Shown here: positions 30,495-35,100 of the stretch, one piece after another
How positions within the stretch are numbered: the stretch's first letter is position 1
How the letters are laid out: each line of letters opens with the position of its first letter
Program-made: the position numbers and the translations under genes
Notes under the pieces: generated by a model
Databases searched by the model: none
The model's input: only the letters and a program-made list of their open reading frames with translations
Told to the model about the DNA's origin: nothing
Source of the DNA: Synechococcus sp.
Lineage (GTDB): Bacteria; Cyanobacteriota; Cyanobacteriia; Thermostichales; PCC-7336
Assembly (NCBI GenBank): GCA_051439605.1
Contig: JBFRWN010000117.1
Span: 1 to 35,100, forward strand
Length of the DNA stretch: 35,100 nt
Direction: 5' to 3'

Positions 30495-31436
30495 ATGCCC
30501 GAAACTTCCACACTAACTGCTGTTGGCTTTACCCACGAAGATTTTGCCGCTCTTCTAGACCAATATGACTACCACTTCAACCCGGGCGATGTTGTTGCAG
30601 GAACAGTCTTTTCTTTAGAGCCCCGAGGCGCATTGATTGATATCGGCGCAAAAACTGCGGCCTTCTTACCCATCCAAGAGATGTCCATCAGCCGCATCGA
30701 TAACGCCAATGAGGTGTTGGCTCCTGGTGAAACTCGCGAGTTCTTTATTCTGACTGAAGAGAATGAAGAAGGTCAGCTAACCCTGTCCATTCGCCGCATT
30801 GAATACATGCGTGCTTGGGAGCGCGTTCGTCAGCTGCAAGCAGAAGATGCCACCGTCCGCTCCGATATCTTTGCCACCAATCGCGGTGGTGCGCTGGTTC
30901 GGATTGAAGGGTTGCGCGGTTTCATTCCCGGTTCTCATATCAGCACCCGTAAACCCAAGGAAGAATTGGTTGGTGAAGAGCTGCCCCTCAAGTTTTTGGA
31001 AGTGGACGAAGAGCGTAACCGTCTTGTACTCAGCCATCGTCGTGCGTTGGTAGAACGTAAGATGAATAAGCTGGAGATGGGCGAAGTGGTTATCGGTACC
31101 GTTCGCGGCATCAAGCCCTACGGTGCGTTTATTGACATCGGCGGCGTCAGTGGTCTGCTCCACATCTCCGAAATCTCCCACAATCACATCGAAACCCCTC
31201 ACTCCGTGCTGAATGTTGGGGACGAGGTGAAGGTGATGATCATTGACCTAGATGCTGAGCGAGGGCGCATTTCTCTGTCCACCAAGCAGCTTGAGGTTAC
31301 CCCTGGCGATATGACTCGCGATCCCGAGTTGGTTTACTCCACAGCTGAAGAGATGGCCGAGAAGTTCCGCGAGCAGATGATGGCTAAACAAGAGGAAGGG
31401 GAAGAAGTTCTCGAGGACGAGTTCGTTACCGCTTAA
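30495..31436 (+). CDS. rpsA: 30S ribosomal protein S1 (three-domain cyanobacterial type)
   Basis: Motifs GFTHEDFAALLDQYDYHF, LSIRRIEYMRAWERVRQL, GLRGFIPGSH and GLLHISEIS. Confidence 0.97.
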   Translation: MPETSTLTAVGFTHEDFAALLDQYDYHFNPGDVVAGTVFSLEPRGALIDIGAKTAAFLPIQEMSISRIDNANEVLAPGETREFFILTEENEEGQLTLSIRRIEYMRAWERVRQLQAEDATVRSDIFATNRGGALVRIEGLRGFIPGSHISTRKPKEELVGEELPLKFLEVDEERNRLVLSHRRALVERKMNKLEMGEVVIGTVRGIKPYGAFIDIGGVSGLLHISEISHNHIETPHSVLNVGDEVKVMIIDLDAERGRISLSTKQLEVTPGDMTRDPELVYSTAEEMAEKFREQMMAKQEEGEEVLEDEFVTA

Positions 31437-31491
31437 ATTCTCTGTTCTGATTCAGTTTTCACGGTTTCTTGGAGTTCAAATTAGATCGATT

Positions 31492-31530
31492 CCCCTTTCT
31501 CACATTGCATTGGGAAAGGGGTTTTTGTTT
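31492..31530 (+). terminator. Rho-independent terminator after rpsA
   Basis: CCCCTTTCTCA...TGGGAAAGGGG followed by TTTTTGTTT. Confidence 0.8.
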
Positions 31531-31711
31531 GTACAGTTGCTCGGTCAAACAATTTTGGGTTCGTTTGACTGCAAGCTTGCAGAACGAGCCAGACTGCGCC
31601 GTAAACAAACTCTCCGCTAACGGCGAGACATCTTAAAATCGGACAGTGCCAGAACGGAGAAACTACTAAACCTGTCGCTACACTGGGTAGGAAGCCGTTT
31701 TAGATGCGGTT

Positions 31712-34156
31712 GTGGCAGACCTTTCACAACACTTCCAGAGGGTACACAAAGCCTTAGCCATTGAAGCTGAACGAGGGTTTAGCGATTTGCAGGGGCGGCA
31801 ATCGCGCTTTTCAGAATTCCTCAGTGATTGGTTACGATCCGAACCACCAACTGAGCTCGATCTAGATAGCGAGGATCGCCGCAAGTGGAGCGATTTGGGG
31901 GAACGCTACCATACTTACTCGGACTTACCCCTTAGCGATCGCCAACATCTAGTGGCAGAAACCCGGCGCTGGCTCTACCGCGTCAAGAAACAACAGGAAC
32001 CCCCAGCCCCCGAGAAGCCCAAACTGTCCTACTTTGGCAAAACAGATCTGTCCCTCGACCAACCACTGCAGTTTCTCAAAGGAATTGGACCGAGAGCAGC
32101 CTCAAAGTTAGCTTTGCTTGGGCTGGTGACAGTCGAAGATGCCCTGTATTACTTCCCACGCGATCACATTAACTACGCTGCCCAAACCACGATTCGGGAG
32201 GCTACTCCCGGAGAAACCATCACGATTGTGGGGACGGTGCGCAGTTGCTCGATTTTTACCAGCCCCAGAAACAAGAACCTATCTATCTTTAATCTTAAGC
32301 TGGCGGACAGTAGCGGCTTGATGATGTTGAGCCGCTTTTATGCGGGCAAACAATTTTGCAGTCGAGGCTGGCAGGAAAAAACGAAGCGGCAATATCCTCG
32401 CGGTACGATTGTGGCTGCTAGCGGTTTGGTCAAAAAAGGCAAGTATGGTCCTACGCTTGACAGTCCTGAAATTGAAGTCTTGGCGGATGAAACTGCCGAT
32501 ATCCGATCGCTCAAGATTGGCAAAATTCTGCCGGTTTACCCACTGACTGAGGGGATTAACGCTGACTTGGTGCGCCGTGCGGTCAATGCCTCTTTACCTG
32601 CGGTAGCCCTGCTAGAGGACCCCCTCCCTAAAGGGATGTTGGAGTCGCTGGGATTGCTGGAATTGAAGCAGGCGATCGCGAATATTCATTTTCCGAACGA
32701 GGCCGAGCTATTGGTGGAGGCTCGCCGTCGGCTGGTATTTGATGAGTTCTTGTATCTACAGCTGGGCTTACTGCTGCGGCGGGAACGCAATCGAGCTCAA
32801 GAATTAGAGATTCCCAGGTACGCCCCCCAGCAGGGGGCATTAGTGGAGAGGTTTTATCAGCTCTTACCCTTTGAGCTGACGGGAGCTCAGCAACGGGTTG
32901 TGACCGATATTTTGGTGGATTTAAGAGCGCCAGCCCCCATGAACCGCCTGGTACAGGGGGATGTGGGGTCGGGGAAAACGGTAGTGGGGGTGGTAGCCCT
33001 GCTGGCGGCGATTCAGTCGGGCTGGCAGGGGGCACTGATGGCCCCGACGGAGGTGTTGGCCGAGCAGCATTACCGCAAGTTGGTGGACTGGTTTGGGCAG
33101 TTACATCTGCCGGTGGAGTTGCTGACGGGATCTACACCGGCCAGCAAGCGACGGGAGATTTTGCGGCAACTGGAAACGGGAGAACTTCCTCTGTTGGTGG
33201 GCACCCACGCGCTGATTCAAAAGCCAGTGGTCTTTAACCGGTTGGGGCTAGTCATTATTGACGAACAGCATCGATTTGGGGTGCAGCAGCGGGCTTCTTT
33301 GCTGGCTAAGGGCGATCGCCCAGACGTGTTGACCATGACCGCCACACCCATTCCCCGCACGCTCACCCTGACCCTGCACGGCGATTTGGACGTTAGCCAG
33401 ATTGACGAGCTCCCTCCGGGACGTAAGCCCGTGCGCACCAGCGTGTCCTCCCCCCGAGAGCGGCCTCAGGTCTACGATCTGTTGCGCCGGGAAATTGCTC
33501 AGGGACGACAGGTTTACATTGTCCTGCCGCTGGTGGAGGAATCGGAAAAGCTAGATTTGCGATCGGCAGTAGAAGAACATCAGCGTTTGCAGGAGCAAGT
33601 CTTCCCTAATCTCAAGCTGGGGTTGTTGCACGGGCGCATGTCATCGGCAGACAAAGACGAGGTGATTCGTCAGTTTCGCGATCGCCAGTTGGATATCTTG
33701 GTGTCCACCACCGTGGTGGAGGTGGGAGTAGACGTACCCAACGCCTCCCTGATGTTGATCGAACATGCCGAACGGTTTGGATTGTCGCAGCTGCACCAGT
33801 TGCGCGGTCGCGTGGGGCGCGGGGCGGCTCAGTCTTACTGCGTACTGATGACTCAGTCGCGATCGGACAATGCTCGCCAGCGGCTGAAAGTGATGGAGCA
33901 ATCGAACGATGGCTTTTTCATCGCCGAAATGGATTTGCGCCTGCGGGGACCGGGGGAAGTATTGGGCACACGGCAGTCGGGACTCCCCGATTTTGCGCTA
34001 GCCAGTTTGATGGATGACCGAGATACGTTAGAGCAGGCCAGGATGGCGGCGGAGAAGCTGATTGAGAAAGATCCTCAACTCAAGCATTACCCCGACATTC
34101 GGGCTTGTTTAAAGCAGCAGTATGCTCGTCTATTGGGAGGAGCAATTTTCACCTAA
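31712..34156 (+). CDS. recG: ATP-dependent DNA helicase RecG
   Basis: Motifs QGDVGSGKT, APTEVLAEQH, DEQHRFG, MTATPIPRT, QLHQLRGRVGRG and DLRLRGPGE. GTG start with a cyanobacterial N-terminal extension. Confidence 0.98.
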   Translation: MADLSQHFQRVHKALAIEAERGFSDLQGRQSRFSEFLSDWLRSEPPTELDLDSEDRRKWSDLGERYHTYSDLPLSDRQHLVAETRRWLYRVKKQQEPPAPEKPKLSYFGKTDLSLDQPLQFLKGIGPRAASKLALLGLVTVEDALYYFPRDHINYAAQTTIREATPGETITIVGTVRSCSIFTSPRNKNLSIFNLKLADSSGLMMLSRFYAGKQFCSRGWQEKTKRQYPRGTIVAASGLVKKGKYGPTLDSPEIEVLADETADIRSLKIGKILPVYPLTEGINADLVRRAVNASLPAVALLEDPLPKGMLESLGLLELKQAIANIHFPNEAELLVEARRRLVFDEFLYLQLGLLLRRERNRAQELEIPRYAPQQGALVERFYQLLPFELTGAQQRVVTDILVDLRAPAPMNRLVQGDVGSGKTVVGVVALLAAIQSGWQGALMAPTEVLAEQHYRKLVDWFGQLHLPVELLTGSTPASKRREILRQLETGELPLLVGTHALIQKPVVFNRLGLVIIDEQHRFGVQQRASLLAKGDRPDVLTMTATPIPRTLTLTLHGDLDVSQIDELPPGRKPVRTSVSSPRERPQVYDLLRREIAQGRQVYIVLPLVEESEKLDLRSAVEEHQRLQEQVFPNLKLGLLHGRMSSADKDEVIRQFRDRQLDILVSTTVVEVGVDVPNASLMLIEHAERFGLSQLHQLRGRVGRGAAQSYCVLMTQSRSDNARQRLKVMEQSNDGFFIAEMDLRLRGPGEVLGTRQSGLPDFALASLMDDRDTLEQARMAAEKLIEKDPQLKHYPDIRACLKQQYARLLGGAIFT

Positions 34157-34253
34157 CCGCCTCAGGAGCAGTTAGTACTTTCCATCCCAAAGAAAGGGAA
34201 GCTTACATTCGAGTAACGATAACCCAAGACGATCTGCCAATGATGCTGGAGGA

Positions 34254-35099
34254 CTAGGGCAAAGGACAAGCATCTAAGCTAGGTAAATTGATAAAGTTAC
34301 CGCCATCATTGGTGAAGGTAATCGAGCTGACAGGTAGATTGAGGGTATCTACTGTGGCCAGGTTAACTACATACATATCTCCAGGATTTCCTGCTGCTGC
34401 CCGCAAGCGGTAATCATCTCCACCAGGCATGATGCTGGTATTGCCCTCAAGGTTGACACAGACAGTAGCACCATCGTGGTCGACATCAAATCCGCGCCCC
34501 GAGGCGGAGGTTACCGTGTTGTTTTGAATGTCTAGTCTGCCAGTTGAGTTGTTCTGTCTCAACCGAACCCGCACGCCATCTTGGCCTGTCACCGAGACGG
34601 TATTGTTCAGGATAGAGGCAGTTGTATCGGAAAAATCTCGAATCAGTAGGTCAATCCCTCTTCCAGCTGCATTGGTAATTTGATTGTTAACAAGCTCTAC
34701 GTCGCTCACGGAGCTGTCATCGGTGAATAGCCGAATGCCGTTAACACCGACAGTATCAATGGTGTTCTCAAAAATGCTTGCACTAAGGCTGCTGGACGTA
34801 CCTTCGGTTAACAGCAAAATCCCATTACCGCCTGTTTGACTGATGTCGTTCTTGTTCGCCGTTAGGGATACGTTGGCTGAATCAGTAGCCCTGGCACGAA
34901 TTCCATTGTTGACAGTTCCGGTGATTGTATTGCCAGTGGCGGTAACTCGGCTGGAGGAAGACCCCCTGGAGTCAATATTGATTCCGTTTGCACCAGCATC
35001 TGTAATGGTGTTATCGGTAATGCTGAGGTTTGCTTGACTCAGATTGCTGCCACGGGTTATGAGGCGAATGGCAGCTGCTCCACTTCCGTTAATGGTATT
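34254..35099 (-). CDS. C-terminal part of a right-handed parallel beta-helix repeat protein (5' end outside the window)
   Basis: The frame stays open to the window edge (NTINGSGAAAIRL...DNTITDAGANGINI...GNTITGTVNNGIRA...), with periodic N-T-I...G-I coils. Confidence 0.8.
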   Translation of the reverse strand, partial: NTINGSGAAAIRLITRGSNLSQANLSITDNTITDAGANGINIDSRGSSSSRVTATGNTITGTVNNGIRARATDSANVSLTANKNDISQTGGNGILLLTEGTSSSLSASIFENTIDTVGVNGIRLFTDDSSVSDVELVNNQITNAAGRGIDLLIRDFSDTTASILNNTVSVTGQDGVRVRLRQNNSTGRLDIQNNTVTSASGRGFDVDHDGATVCVNLEGNTSIMPGGDDYRLRAAAGNPGDMYVVNLATVDTLNLPVSSITFTNDGGNFINLPSLDACPLP

Positions 35100-35100
35100 C

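Larger units (their letters stand above)
1270..33690. repeat. HIP1 octamer GCGATCGC dispersed through the window
   Basis: Roughly 30 copies by eye (e.g. 1270, 4635, 8063, 13217, 17153, 21573, 33312). HIP1 abundance is a cyanobacterial hallmark. Confidence 0.9.

Overview
A core-genome window from a cyanobacterial chromosome. HIP1 (GCGATCGC) is abundant, and psbA, class II fba, rpsA and a cyanobacterial ComA are present. Gene order: 3' part of psbA; a MacAB/DevBCA-like ABC exporter (ATPase, FtsX-type permease, membrane-fusion protein); AI-2E transporter; moaC; GrpB-family gene; CobH-like gene; moeA; a co-directional cyclic-nucleotide trio (MscS-cNMP channel, CRP, CHASE2 adenylate cyclase); dppB-like permease; a TfoX-N gene divergent from comA (PLD nuclease + HhH); uvrC; tRNA-Thr(CGT); TPR protein; ABC ATPase; a small secreted peptide of 11 (N/K/G)PC repeats; fba; Nudix hydrolase; TetA-like MFS; purM; rlpA; rpsA; recG; 3' end of a beta-helix protein. 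I saw no integrase, transposase or CRISPR array. Most notable: (1) the Cys-rich NPCAA-repeat exported peptide, a candidate metal-binding protein or RiPP precursor; (2) a clustered cAMP source, effector channel and CRP close to TfoX-N and comA, echoing CRP/Sxy control of competence; (3) a multi-hairpin non-coding element between the peptide gene and fba. All family calls come from motif recognition; no database search was run.
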